Numbered from the stretch's first letter, positions 19,084 through 29,533 are shown. The stretch: DNA of 59,629 nucleotides from Desulfurococcaceae archaeon (GCA_038816475.1 JAWBAI010000006.1:1-59629), one strand, 5' to 3'. Notes: generated from the sequence alone by a model not told the origin. A program made the numbers and translations.

Positions 19084-20538
19084 TCATCGAGCCCTCTTCA
19101 TTATTTTAAACCACGCGAAAACGTACACAAGGACCAAGGCTAAGACCACGATGTATATTGATGCAGCGTACCCGTAGTATCCCTCATCAGCGTTCATCAC
19201 TCTGTTGTAGCCGAACACTATTAGCATCTCGTTCTTCAACCCCGGTGTACAACCAACGTGCTGAACGCATACTTCTCCGCTAGGCCCAGCTCCGTTGATC
19301 ACCAGTGGAACAAGAAACGCTTGAAGTGAAGCACCCGTTGTCAATACAGCAGCGACGAGCACAGGCCTAGCTATTTGTGGAAACACGACCTTCCTAAGCC
19401 TCATCCACAGGCTTGCTCCATCGATGTACGCTGCTTCTATGATATCCTTTGAAACCCCTCTCAGAGCCCCCTGAGTAATGGTCATTATGAACGGGTACGC
19501 TAGCCATGTCTCAAAGAGGTTGTACACGAGGAATGCATCCCACTCGTTAACGTTCACGTTGAGCTTCATGAGTTGTCCCAGTTGACCGTTGGGTAGGAAG
19601 AGGAACCTCCATGTGAGAGCTGACAGCAGGAAGGGTATTGCCCAGGGAACCAGAAGGAGTGTTCTCATGATCTTCCTACCGTAGAGTAGTGTAGACGAGT
19701 AGAACAATGCTAGTAGAACTCCGAACGATACCTTTAGTGGTACACTGGTAGCTACGAATAGCAGTGTTTTGAAGATCGAGTTGTAGAACCTTGGATCACT
19801 AAAGAGCTTTACGAAGTTTTCAAAACCAATGAATCTCAGCTCGAGGAATTCCAGGTTTCTACGTGTATCCAGTATGAAGTCGTCTAAAAAGCCCTCGTAG
19901 TCAGACTCCAGCTTAAACAAGTAGTCTCTAAGCTCGGACGCTATGCGAACACCCGTGGATACCCTCTCGTAGAGATCATCCCTGCTCATCGTTTGGTAGA
20001 CCTGTACTAGTGTAGCTGTAAGCGTGATCAACGAATCTATGCTTCTCAGCACGGTGCCTGGCACGATCTCCTGTCTCGTCAAGTAGCCGTATGTGGTGCA
20101 GTCGAAGAACAATGCGAAATCCTCTCGTAGCCTAGCGAGTCCTCTGGCAGACCTGTAGGCGCTTTCGAAGTACAATGAAGGTATGTTCTGTGGTTCAGCT
20201 CCCTCCTCGAGCATTGCTTTGATCTGCTCGAGGTCTCTTGCAACTCTGTCTAGTCGTGCAACAGCTGGATCAAGGAGTTCTACAACTCTTTGCTTCAAAG
20301 TCTCGTTGGCTTTGAGCGATTCAGCACACGAGATAGCGTTTCTCAAGTCCTCGATCCTCTGCGGATCGGGCGATATGTTTAAACGATCCGCATTCGTAAA
20401 AGCTATACCGATCGAAAAAATCATGGGCCACGTGTTGAAGAAGAGGTAGAGGATCAAGCTGGGAACGAACAGGAGAAGAGCTATTCTCGTTGGAAAAAGA
20501 ACTTTTCTTCCAAGATACCGCTTCATCGAACTTCCCAT
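19084..20538 (-). CDS. Sugar ABC transporter permease (MalF-like, large extracellular loop)
   Basis: FIGFENF, LLVPWAIP and the EAA loop IEAAYIDGAS. Confidence 0.92.
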   Translation of the reverse strand: MGSSMKRYLGRKVLFPTRIALLLFVPSLILYLFFNTWPMIFSIGIAFTNADRLNISPDPQRIEDLRNAISCAESLKANETLKQRVVELLDPAVARLDRVARDLEQIKAMLEEGAEPQNIPSLYFESAYRSARGLARLREDFALFFDCTTYGYLTRQEIVPGTVLRSIDSLITLTATLVQVYQTMSRDDLYERVSTGVRIASELRDYLFKLESDYEGFLDDFILDTRRNLEFLELRFIGFENFVKLFSDPRFYNSIFKTLLFVATSVPLKVSFGVLLALFYSSTLLYGRKIMRTLLLVPWAIPFLLSALTWRFLFLPNGQLGQLMKLNVNVNEWDAFLVYNLFETWLAYPFIMTITQGALRGVSKDIIEAAYIDGASLWMRLRKVVFPQIARPVLVAAVLTTGASLQAFLVPLVINGAGPSGEVCVQHVGCTPGLKNEMLIVFGYNRVMNADEGYYGYAASIYIVVLALVLVYVFAWFKIMKRAR

Positions 20539-20546
20539 TCTACTGT

Positions 20547-22073
20547 TTACTTCTCAATTCTAGGTGCAATCTCGTCATAAGCTCCTCTAAGAGCTTCGTC
20601 CACTTTTCCAACGGCTATTTCAACGGCTTCGTCAACCGTTTTGCCCTCTGCTAGGGCTTTCGTGTATGCTTCCCATATTAATCCTATGTACTTGTCAGCG
20701 CCCCAGACAACCTGCATGTTCTTGTCCTTGGGCATGGGTACTGATCTCTCGATCTGCCTGTAGAAACCTAGTACTACTCTGAACAGGGGGTGCTCATCGG
20801 GGTTTCGAGCAATGTATTCTGCAACTGTGAGCTTTACAGGTACGTAGCCTAGCTCACGTACAAGGGTTAGCACAGATTCATTATATAGGGCAAAGTAGAG
20901 TATGAAGAGTACTGCTGCATATGTTCTCTCCAATCCACCGTGACCAGCCATCACGCTGAGGTAGAGGTTTCTAAAGCCACTGAAGGGTCTTGGTATTCGA
21001 CCATCTATAGGTGGAAGTGGAACAACTGTAAAGTTATCTATTCCCAGTGATTCAATAGCGTATCTTACATCCCATGGTCCCGAGACGTAGAATGGTGTTT
21101 TGCCCCTACCGAAGAGCTCACGCTGGTAGTAGTGACCAAGATCTGCTACATCCATGTACCTCAGAATGTTGCGTATGAAGAACTTTAATCCCTCACTAGT
21201 ACCTGGTAGTAGTAAGCCGAGCTCTTTTGTTACCTCGTCGTAGTAGAATCCTCCAAAGGCTGTAACCCATGCTGTTGTGTGATAAACACCTGCGACGATC
21301 ATGGCAACTCCGTATGTTCCCGCATCTGGGTTGTAGTATCTCCTCATGGTTTCCAGCATTTCGCTGAAAGACTCCGGTGGTTTATCCACCATTCTTAGGT
21401 TTACGAAGAGTGCTAGTGCTTCACCAGCGTACGGTAGACCGTAGGTTTTACCCTTGTACGTTACAGCTGCCATTGCTATCGAAAGCAGATGTTCTGATAT
21501 GTCTTCAACCGCGTCGTAGCCTATGTAGTCCTCGAGTGGTAGTATGTAGCCTGGTTCAGCGAACCATCCTATCCAGTCGTGAGCCCATGAGAAGACGTCG
21601 GGTGCTTGACCAATCATAGCTTCCCTTTGAGCTGGAGGTAGCGATGCAATAGCTATGATCTTGGACTGCATTTCACCCATACCAGCGTACTCCAAGACGC
21701 GAACATCTATACCCGGGTACTCCCTCTTGAACATCTCGATTACTTTATCAAATCCCACTTTTTCCTCTGGTGCATGTGGAAAACCAAAGTATATTGTAAC
21801 ACTGATTTCACCTCTTCTAGCTTTCTCTACGAATTCCGCGAACTCCTTTGGAACTCTGATCGTTACGTCCCCGATTGTTACTAGTGATACCTCGGGTGGT
21901 GGTGTTGGAGTAGGTGTAGGTGTGGGTGTAGGAGTTGGTGTTGGTGTTGGAGCTGGGGCTGGCTGCTGCATTGTAATTAGTAGTAGACCTAGCCCGACCG
22001 CGGCTATTGCTACTGCTACAACGAGGACTATGGCTGTTGTTTTAGTAACAGCCTGTTTATACATCCCCCACAC
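20547..22073 (-). CDS. Sugar ABC transporter substrate-binding protein (MalE-like)
   Basis: N-terminal TM anchor, Pro/Thr linker, PDVFSWAHDWIG, YGLPYAGEALAL and SGPW. Confidence 0.92.
   Translation of the reverse strand: MWGMYKQAVTKTTAIVLVVAVAIAAVGLGLLLITMQQPAPAPTPTPTPTPTPTPTPTPPPEVSLVTIGDVTIRVPKEFAEFVEKARRGEISVTIYFGFPHAPEEKVGFDKVIEMFKREYPGIDVRVLEYAGMGEMQSKIIAIASLPPAQREAMIGQAPDVFSWAHDWIGWFAEPGYILPLEDYIGYDAVEDISEHLLSIAMAAVTYKGKTYGLPYAGEALALFVNLRMVDKPPESFSEMLETMRRYYNPDAGTYGVAMIVAGVYHTTAWVTAFGGFYYDEVTKELGLLLPGTSEGLKFFIRNILRYMDVADLGHYYQRELFGRGKTPFYVSGPWDVRYAIESLGIDNFTVVPLPPIDGRIPRPFSGFRNLYLSVMAGHGGLERTYAAVLFILYFALYNESVLTLVRELGYVPVKLTVAEYIARNPDEHPLFRVVLGFYRQIERSVPMPKDKNMQVVWGADKYIGLIWEAYTKALAEGKTVDEAVEIAVGKVDEALRGAYDEIAPRIEK
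21895..21963 (-). repeat. (Pro-Thr)n coding repeat, linker of the substrate-binding protein
   Basis: Encodes PAPAPTPTPTPTPTPTPTPTPPP. Confidence 0.9.
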
Positions 22074-22430
22074 CTACATGGATTTTAGGACACAGATAGT
22101 TTTATATGCTTTTTACATAGCATGCATACTCGTAAACACGCTCATACCTGTCTCCATACAATACGTAGGTATCCTTGTTCAAATCATCACATCTCTCAAC
22201 GCTAACCACTGGTTTTATCAACCTCGGATGGATTGCCTCAGAGTTCTGCGATACCGGTCTTCACTAGTTCAGGATTAAGGAGCCATGCATTTACCTGTGG
22301 ATCTCTCCGCTGTTTCAACGTTTCTAGTGTGATTATGTGTTTGCATATAAGTCCCAAAGATCTTGTAAACACATGAATGGCTCCTGGTTTCCTAGGACTC
22401 AGGTAGATAGTTGAGCTCAGGCGAACCGCG

Positions 22431-22613
22431 ATGACATGGTTTGAGGAGACCGGTAGTAGTCTGAGGTGGAGAACTGTCGTGTTTAACGTCTTCACCACAA
22501 CTATACGATCTAAAAGAGTGGGAGGTCACTCTACTGGGCCGTCGAGGGAGTACGTGTACGCAGAGGAAGAGTTCACGAGGAGCTTTGTTAACTTGGAGAA
22601 CGCTGCTGGCTGA
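22431..22613 (+). CDS. Short ORF, possibly the frameshifted N-terminus of the next gene
   Basis: 60 aa. It overlaps the open frame of the downstream gene from 22592. Confidence 0.35.
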   Translation: MTWFEETGSSLRWRTVVFNVFTTTIRSKRVGGHSTGPSREYVYAEEEFTRSFVNLENAAG

Positions 22614-22618
22614 GAAGA

Positions 22619-23401
22619 GTGCTTGTTGATGTTAAGCTGAAGCACGTTCTCTACAGAAGCAACAGAGTATCCGAACAAGAAGCCGAGAGAGCTATCAGAG
22701 CGATCATGATCAGCAAGCTGTACAATGGAAAGCGGTTCTCGTACTGCGGAGGTAGTACGAGTGTGGTTACGTACTTCAGGTACTTTGACCGCGTTCTACT
22801 CCACGCTGCACCGACTACTGGGGAAGCTGTTAAGGAGAGAACGTTCAGAGAGCCTGGGTTTGAGTGCAAGTACGTTCCGCTTCTCATGCTACCTCGAGAG
22901 CTCCGGGTTCAGTACAGCATAGGAGGAGAGCTGGTGTTCGACGCGATCGTCGAGGTTAAGCTCTGTAGGTTGCTTGAGCTTGTCGACAAGCTGTGGAAGA
23001 GCACTAATCCATCCCTGCGGGAGTCAGACAGACTGGTAGCTGTTTACGTTAAGCTGAGAAACCGTGGAGTACCTCTACCGGTTAGACTGATCGGTGAGCT
23101 CGTGGGTGCATGGTATACGAGCGTGCACGAGGCTGAAGAGCTCATCAAAACCTTTAAGCTCTTCACCACTAAACCCAATCCGGAGCTCGTGAAGAAAGCG
23201 CTGGTTGAGCTAGGTGTACCCGTCGAAGTAGCCGAGAAGGTGAACGCGTGCTTGAATGCTTCCCAGGGTGAGTGGACGATTTACCACTTATCAGGATGCC
23301 TCAGAGCACTCGGAGTAACAGCTGAGAGAGTTGAGGAGTTGATCGGTGTTACAGAAGTAACGTCGAGACGACACATGAGAGCGTTCAAGGGAGTTCTCTA
23401 A
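22619..23401 (+). CDS. Divergent TFB (TFIIB) cyclin-fold-like protein
   Basis: VAVYVKLRNRGVPLPVRLIGELVG and VEELIGVTEVTSRRHMR resemble the ends of the two TFB core repeats. No Zn ribbon. Confidence 0.55.
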   Translation: MLVDVKLKHVLYRSNRVSEQEAERAIRAIMISKLYNGKRFSYCGGSTSVVTYFRYFDRVLLHAAPTTGEAVKERTFREPGFECKYVPLLMLPRELRVQYSIGGELVFDAIVEVKLCRLLELVDKLWKSTNPSLRESDRLVAVYVKLRNRGVPLPVRLIGELVGAWYTSVHEAEELIKTFKLFTTKPNPELVKKALVELGVPVEVAEKVNACLNASQGEWTIYHLSGCLRALGVTAERVEELIGVTEVTSRRHMRAFKGVL

Positions 23402-23498
23402 CCCGGGTCAACGTACTAGTAGAAGTGAACTCCACGAAGCCCTCCGCGCGTTCAACACGTGCTGTGAACTAGTACCACAGCTTCACGGATGAGCAAGC

Positions 23499-24218
23499 TC
23501 AAGTTGGTCCTTGAATGCTCTGAACGTAGAAGAGCAGAGAGATTAGTAGTGATGATGCAAGCAGCATGACTGTGTACTTCGTGGATCTGTCGATGTGTAT
23601 TGGTGTCTTGGGCTTCGCGCGGAGTCTCCAGTAGGAGTACTCCTCCACGAACCAACCCATCTCTATTACGCTTGCAACAGCCGCTGGTACTCTGCTAGTA
23701 GCTGGTTCCTTCTTCAGTACTCCAACGGATATGGAGTCGAGGAAGTTTCTTAGGCTCTGGGGCATGAGCCTCCAGACGAGCAGAGGGTAGTTCGATGCTC
23801 TGCTAAGCCCTAGGATTAACAGTAGATTGTAGAGCTCGATCGGGGTTATTGTGGTGAAAACGAATACACCGGTCAACGAAATAGAGTACGTTCTGAGAGC
23901 AATGACTAGCACGTCGTGAAGGTGCATTTGGTAGAGCCCCAGCATGGACAGTAGGTAAGCGGAGATCCCCATGTAAAATCCCACGAGTCCTGCGAGCAGC
24001 GAGGTTGCTAGAAGCCACTCTAAACCCGGGTGAATAAGCCCGAGTGCGGTTACTATCAGTGCCACTAGGTGCGTGCTGCGCGGTAGTCGAACCACGTACA
24101 GTACGATGGATAGCGTGAACAGTAGTTTCGAAAGCAAGTGCGAAGTTCTGTATCCGTGGTCACCTGTGATGAACAGTGCTTTGTAAACAATGTAAACCAG
24201 AGAGCCGAGAACAGTCAA
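23499..24218 (-). CDS. ECF transporter transmembrane (T) component-like protein
   Basis: Hydrophobic ORF with FTTITPIEL, directly after the tandem ABC ATPase. Confidence 0.65.
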   Translation of the reverse strand: MTVLGSLVYIVYKALFITGDHGYRTSHLLSKLLFTLSIVLYVVRLPRSTHLVALIVTALGLIHPGLEWLLATSLLAGLVGFYMGISAYLLSMLGLYQMHLHDVLVIALRTYSISLTGVFVFTTITPIELYNLLLILGLSRASNYPLLVWRLMPQSLRNFLDSISVGVLKKEPATSRVPAAVASVIEMGWFVEEYSYWRLRAKPKTPIHIDRSTKYTVMLLASSLLISLLFYVQSIQGPT

Positions 24219-24220
24219 CT

Positions 24221-25585
24221 CTAACCACCCAGCTCTATAACCACGTCAGCGTACTCGAACACTCTGCTGTCATGGCTAGCTACAACTACAGCCTTCTTCT
24301 CTTCAGCGAGCATGCTGAGAACTTCGAGAACACTTAGAGCACTGGACCAGTCTAAGCCACCTGTTGGTTCATCAACGAAGTAGGCGTCGAAACCAGCTAA
24401 GTAGGCTGATGCTATTGCAACTCTTCTTCTCTCACCTGTACTTATCTTCGCCAGGGGTTTATCGAGAACGTGCTTTATGCTGAGAACCTCGGAGACCTCG
24501 AGAATCCTGTTCTCATCTCCGCCGGAGGCTTTCAGCAGCTCTTCTCTGGGAGTAGGCATTGTGAAGAAGAGCAAGGGGTTTTCGGGGATGTAGATGCATC
24601 TTCCACGACGCTCGACACGTCCCCTTGTGGGTTTCAGTATACCCGATGCTATTTTCAGAACAGTTGTTTTACCAGATCCGTTGGGTCCTTTCACCAGGGT
24701 GAACACTCCTCTGCTCACACTCATGCTGAAGTCTCTCAGCACGTATTGGTTTTGACCAGGATACTTGAACCAGACATTGCTTAAAACCACGATTTCTCCG
24801 CCTCGTTCACGAGGCTTACGCACCGGGGTACTCGGCTTCTCCAGCATATCAGGGTTCCATCTACCACTGTACTTGCACTTGCCGTTCTCGAGAACGAGGA
24901 TCGATGGTTGAAGAGAGCTCCAGAACTCCGGGTTGTGATCAACCAAGACTACGCTGAAGTTTTCTTCAAGCGCGTTTTCAACTATGTGCTTAACTGTTCT
25001 CCTGGATTCCTCGTCGATGTACACCATGGGTTCATCGAGCAACAGGATACTTGACCCTTTGACAACAGCATCTGCCCAGAGAACCCTCTGAACTTCACCA
25101 GCGCTCAGGGTGTGCACGGGTCTATGTAGTAACTTCGCTAATCCGAGAACTAAGAAGTCAACATCGCTGCATGTAGTACCCTTCAAGGAGAGAACGTGGC
25201 ATACCTCAGCGTAGACGCTGTACCCTAGAACACCGTACCAGGGTTCCTGGGGAATGTAGGTAACCATGTTGAACACTTCATCCGGAGTCAGCTCGCGGAG
25301 GCTTCTCCCGTATACGACAACATCACCTTCGAGAAATCCACCGGCGACCTCGATCGTGCCCGTTAAAGCCCTGATCAACGTTGTTTTACCACTGCCAGAT
25401 CTACCGGTAACTAGAAGCATTTCACCTTCATCGAGATCTATCGATACATCCCTGAGCTCGAAGCCGCTTGGATAACCACACCGATGTATCCTCGCTCTGA
25501 GAGCTTTCAATAAGCACACCAATGGATTCAAGGAAATAGGGGGTTTATGAATCGAGGCGGAGGAAAAAGAGCTACTCTTTGACAT
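24221..25585 (-). CDS. ECF-type ABC ATPase with two ATPase domains
   Basis: Two sets of motifs: GRSGSGKT/LSAGE/LLLDEP and GPNGSGKT/ISTGE/FVDEP. The true start may lie slightly downstream. Confidence 0.9.
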   Translation of the reverse strand: MSKSSSFSSASIHKPPISLNPLVCLLKALRARIHRCGYPSGFELRDVSIDLDEGEMLLVTGRSGSGKTTLIRALTGTIEVAGGFLEGDVVVYGRSLRELTPDEVFNMVTYIPQEPWYGVLGYSVYAEVCHVLSLKGTTCSDVDFLVLGLAKLLHRPVHTLSAGEVQRVLWADAVVKGSSILLLDEPMVYIDEESRRTVKHIVENALEENFSVVLVDHNPEFWSSLQPSILVLENGKCKYSGRWNPDMLEKPSTPVRKPRERGGEIVVLSNVWFKYPGQNQYVLRDFSMSVSRGVFTLVKGPNGSGKTTVLKIASGILKPTRGRVERRGRCIYIPENPLLFFTMPTPREELLKASGGDENRILEVSEVLSIKHVLDKPLAKISTGERRRVAIASAYLAGFDAYFVDEPTGGLDWSSALSVLEVLSMLAEEKKAVVVASHDSRVFEYADVVIELGG

Positions 25586-26318
25586 AGCCTGCTTTTCTCA
25601 GCCAAGCTACTAGTGGTACAGAGACCGATATTCCCACGATCACCTGTCCTATGTTGACTGGGACTTCGAGTATTGCTGCTATGGGTTCTCGCCCTGTTAG
25701 TGGATTACTCACGAAGAACTCGTATAGGAAGTAGCCTAGAACCATCAGTGAACCAGCTACTGTGAGAGCAGCTACTTCACCAGTGCTGATGCGTCTTCTC
25801 TGAAGTACTATGAAGAACAGTGATGCGAGTAGAACTCCTAGAGCTATCCACACAGCTAGTGATACCTCTACGTACGGTGGTTCAAAGGTGAACTCAAGCC
25901 ACTTCTCAGGTCCAACGTATACACCACCGCTCCAGAGTACAGCTGATATGACCATGAAGGCGGCTGTGTACACGACCACGGATAGCACTACCTGCAGAAA
26001 GCTGTGTACTTTTCTTAGTTTTCTCACGAGAACCCCCGCTGCGTAACCCTCCACGAACTTTATCACAAGTGTCCCGGGAGCGAATACCGCGTAGCCCGTG
26101 GAGAGATCCGCGAGTGCAGCTCCCACACCTCCGGCTAAACCAGCTACCAGTGGTGTTGAGACGAAGGCAGCTAGATATATCATTGATTCACCAATGTTGA
26201 AGTAACCTCCAGTAGCAGGCTGGTATATCTGAAGTGCAATAGTTGCAGCGTAGACTAGAACCGTGAACACGGCTGCTTCAACAACTCTAAATCTGCGCAC
26301 ATCTTCACGCATAGTCAC
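25572..26318 (-). CDS. ECF transporter S component
   Basis: PATGGYFNIGE, GVGAALADL, APGTLVIK and EVPVNIGQ. Confidence 0.85.
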   Translation of the reverse strand: MTMREDVRRFRVVEAAVFTVLVYAATIALQIYQPATGGYFNIGESMIYLAAFVSTPLVAGLAGGVGAALADLSTGYAVFAPGTLVIKFVEGYAAGVLVRKLRKVHSFLQVVLSVVVYTAAFMVISAVLWSGGVYVGPEKWLEFTFEPPYVEVSLAVWIALGVLLASLFFIVLQRRRISTGEVAALTVAGSLMVLGYFLYEFFVSNPLTGREPIAAILEVPVNIGQVIVGISVSVPLVAWLRKAGYVKE

Positions 26319-26440
26319 GAAAACACCACCAGTGCTCGCCTAGGGAGAAGTACCTAATAGGTTTAACCCGCGTACACAGAGACCACCTGCTAGTGGCTCG
26401 AATTATTAGCTTGAGTAGCATAGCTGAACAAGGGTTTCAA

Positions 26441-27400
26441 TTGAAAGCCGTAGTACTGTGGGGTCCTCGTAGAATCGATGTAGCAGAGGTATCTAAGCCT
26501 ACTTCACCTAAAGGCTGGGTTCTAGTTGAGGTTGAACTCACCGGTATATGCGGTACGGACAAAGCGTTCTACACTGGTACCTACCCGTTGTTCAAAACAC
26601 CGCTTATACCCGGTCACGAGGTTGTCGGCAGAGTCGTGGAGGGCCCAGAAGAGCTCGTTGGTCTCAGAGTAGTATCCGAAATAAACTTCCCCTGCTGGTC
26701 CTGCGATTACTGCAGAAGCGGGGCGTACACTCATTGTCCCCGCAAGAAAACACTCGGTATAGACTTCGATGGTGGTATGGCTGAGTTCTTCGTAGCACCC
26801 GTTGAAGCTCTCCACGTGTTTAAAGGGCAACCGGAGAACGGTGTATTCGTTGAACCACTGGCAGCTGTTCTGAGGTCTTTAAGCCTGGAGCCTCCGAAAC
26901 CAGGGTACAGGGTAGCCGTGATTGGAACGGGTAGCTTAGCGTGGCTCATAGTTCAGGTTCTGAGGAAGCTCTACGGTGCAAGAGTAGACCTAATCGCGAG
27001 GCGAGGTAGCTTGAAAGCTGAGTTCTTCAAGGGTGTCGTGAACAGGGTTGTTTACGCGGATGAAGCCGAGAGTTCAGCGTATGACATGGTGTTTGAAGCA
27101 TCGGGTAACCCGGATGCATTGAACTTAGCTGTGGATATCTGCAAACCACTAGGAGTAATCCACTTGAAGTCTACACCTGGATCACCAGTTACCTTTTACT
27201 CGACAAGAGCCGTAGTCAAGGAGTGCAGAGTACTGGGGTCGAGATGTGGAACCTTCAGAGAGTTCAGAGAAGCCATTAGACTAGTAGAAGCCGGTATCGT
27301 GGAAACCAGGTTGGACAAGGTCTACAGCATAGACAGAGCACCAGAAGCCTTCGAAGAATCCCTCAGCGGCAAGTACTTCAAAATCGCATTGAAACCGTGA
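26441..27400 (+). CDS. Zn-dependent alcohol dehydrogenase (MDR family)
   Basis: GICGTD, PGHE, CWSCDYC...C and EPLAA. TTG 26441 is preferred over 26393. Confidence 0.9.
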   Translation: MKAVVLWGPRRIDVAEVSKPTSPKGWVLVEVELTGICGTDKAFYTGTYPLFKTPLIPGHEVVGRVVEGPEELVGLRVVSEINFPCWSCDYCRSGAYTHCPRKKTLGIDFDGGMAEFFVAPVEALHVFKGQPENGVFVEPLAAVLRSLSLEPPKPGYRVAVIGTGSLAWLIVQVLRKLYGARVDLIARRGSLKAEFFKGVVNRVVYADEAESSAYDMVFEASGNPDALNLAVDICKPLGVIHLKSTPGSPVTFYSTRAVVKECRVLGSRCGTFREFREAIRLVEAGIVETRLDKVYSIDRAPEAFEESLSGKYFKIALKP

Positions 27401-27544
27401 AACAGCTCTTCGCCTCAGATCTACTTGGGTTTTCCCTGGTAAACAGCTTATTCTCCATGTTTTGCAACTATCAGAGCAACCGTGCTTGAACAGGGCCGGT
27501 GGAATCCGGGCGTGATGAAGCGTCCGTTAACAACTTATATAAGC

Positions 27545-28030
27545 TTAGTGCTGGGTTGTCTCGAGGTCTACTCCTTCTAGTGGTATTACGCATGTGCTTC
27601 CTCTGGTGAGCCTTTCGGTGAGCTTTTTGACTGTTCTTGAGACGTCTGGTCTCTGCTGTATTTCGGGTATGCTCATCCATGCTGCATCTTCAACGTCTCC
27701 TCCGGGTTTTAACTCGCCTCGAATGCTGCTTGAGTCGAAGAGAACGTCGAGGATCACGTAGTGGTAGAGAACTCTCCGCTCTCTATCGTATACGATGTTG
27801 TTGAGAACCCAGAGTATACCCACGGGTTCAGCTTCAAGCCCTGTTTCCTCCTTGAGCTCTCTCCTAGCAGCTTCTGCTATTCTCTCACCAGGTTCTACAA
27901 CGCCTCCGGGAATAGACCACTTGCCAACTCCTGGTGGATACTTTCTCTTAACGAGGAGAACACTGTTTTCCTTCAGGAGAACAGCTCCTACGGCTGCTAT
28001 CGCGTAGCTTGGGTAGGCTCGAGACTGCAT
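27545..28030 (-). CDS. Nudix hydrolase
   Basis: Nudix box GGVVEPGERIAEAARRELKEETGL. Confidence 0.92.
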   Translation of the reverse strand: MQSRAYPSYAIAAVGAVLLKENSVLLVKRKYPPGVGKWSIPGGVVEPGERIAEAARRELKEETGLEAEPVGILWVLNNIVYDRERRVLYHYVILDVLFDSSSIRGELKPGGDVEDAAWMSIPEIQQRPDVSRTVKKLTERLTRGSTCVIPLEGVDLETTQH

Positions 28031-28103
28031 GGTTCTAAAGCCTCTGTTGCTTATTCACGTGGTTGTTTATATAGGTGGTTTCACTATTATCTCCTAATCT
28101 TCG

Positions 28104-28847
28104 GTGGGTGAAATGCTTATGAGCGCGAAGCCCCTGGTACTTGTGGTGAACGGTTCGCCGAGGAAGTATGGTTCTTCAATGCAGCTTTCATACGTTGCAG
28201 CTAAGGGTGTTGAGGATGCTGGTGGTGTAGCTGAGCTGGTGCACCTCTACGACTACGATGTTAAACCCTGCATTGGCTGTGTATCGGACGGTGTAAAGTA
28301 CTGCAGGTTCCCCTGCGTGTTGAACGACGACTTCAACAAGCTGGGGAAAAAGGTGCTGCAAGCTGATGGACTGATAATCTCAACGCCTGTCTACTGGTAC
28401 GCTCCCAGTGGTGTATTGAAGAACTTCATTGACAGGTTGACGAGCATGGAGAACATGATATTCCATGAAGCGAGGCACAGTCTTCTGGAGGGCAAAGTCG
28501 TGGGCTTCATAGCAACAGGGCTTGATGCCGGGGTGTTCATGACGATATCCTACCTTATGTCGGTGCTGAACAGCATGGGTGCTGTGGTAGCACCGTGGAG
28601 CATGGCTTACACTCACAGCGATGATGTAACCAAAGACTCAAGTGCTCTGATGGATGCTTACAACGTTGGATACCTCGTTGTAGAGACCATTAAAGCTCTC
28701 AAAGCCTACGGTAAGCACATAGGCTACAACCCCAGCGTTAACGTAGCTGAGCTAGCCGAGGTCGCTAGAAGAGCCGTGAACAACGATGAAAGGAACACCA
28801 GGATCAGGATGCTGGAGGAGCTATTGTCAGCTACGCTCTCCATCTAG
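28104..28847 (+). CDS. Flavodoxin-like / iron-sulfur flavoprotein (NADPH-dependent FMN reductase family)
   Basis: NGSPRKYG, PCIGC...C...C, STPVYW and LKNFIDR. Confidence 0.85.
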   Translation: MGEMLMSAKPLVLVVNGSPRKYGSSMQLSYVAAKGVEDAGGVAELVHLYDYDVKPCIGCVSDGVKYCRFPCVLNDDFNKLGKKVLQADGLIISTPVYWYAPSGVLKNFIDRLTSMENMIFHEARHSLLEGKVVGFIATGLDAGVFMTISYLMSVLNSMGAVVAPWSMAYTHSDDVTKDSSALMDAYNVGYLVVETIKALKAYGKHIGYNPSVNVAELAEVARRAVNNDERNTRIRMLEELLSATLSI

Positions 28848-29533
28848 CGGTGTGCGCAGAGCTTCTCGTGTATACTACTCGAGCTCCAGGAGCCAACTCG
28901 CTCAGGGTACTTAACAATTTTCACATTGCTTAATCCTCTCTCCTCGAGTTTTCTCCTCAGCTCCTCCGGTGCAATCCACTGGTCTGGTCCAAGTAGAATG
29001 ATGTCTGGTTTTGTTTCTTCGATGGGTTTAAGGAAGTCCTCTTTGTCACCGAGTCTAGCTGAAGCCACGTACTTTAAACTACTAACAATTCTGAGTCTCT
29101 CCTGCTCTCCGAGAGCTGGTTTTCTACCCTTGAACTTCTCGAAGTTAACATCTCTGGATACTACAACGTGGACTTCTCCGAGGAACCAGGCGTACTCCAG
29201 CAGTGCTATGTGCCCGGGGTGAAGAAACTCGAAGCTACCTGCAACAAGCACTCTTGGTCTCTTGTAGAGCTGGCTTAAGGGCTTCCAATCAGCTTTCTTC
29301 ACGAACCCCTGGTACCGTAAAGCATCGAGTAAGCCTTCAGCGTACGCTATGCAGGATAAGCTCGTGGCGTAGTCTCCTTTCTCGAGGTAGTACCTTGAGT
29401 CAGCCAGGTAGGATTTAGCTACCTCCACTACGACCCTTGCTTTCTCAGGTAGCTCCTCCTTCTCCAACGTTTCTAGAAACTGCTCTACGTTTAGAATGTA
29501 GGCTTTAACTCTCTCAGCGATGTCCAAGGTCAA
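28844..29533 (-). CDS. DUF357 domain fused to a FAD synthase (RibL)-like nucleotidyltransferase
   Basis: N-terminal SYLADSRYY...AYAEGLLDAL; C-terminal AGSFEFLHPGH, PDIILLGPDQ and SSSSI. Confidence 0.8.
   Translation of the reverse strand: MTLDIAERVKAYILNVEQFLETLEKEELPEKARVVVEVAKSYLADSRYYLEKGDYATSLSCIAYAEGLLDALRYQGFVKKADWKPLSQLYKRPRVLVAGSFEFLHPGHIALLEYAWFLGEVHVVVSRDVNFEKFKGRKPALGEQERLRIVSSLKYVASARLGDKEDFLKPIEETKPDIILLGPDQWIAPEELRRKLEERGLSNVKIVKYPERVGSWSSSSIHEKLCAHR

Noticed and set aside
27471-27543. Intergenic GTGATGA (C-box-like) with short stems and a TATA element
   Set aside because: No correctly placed D box on the same strand and no convincing H/ACA fold, so a guide RNA cannot be supported.
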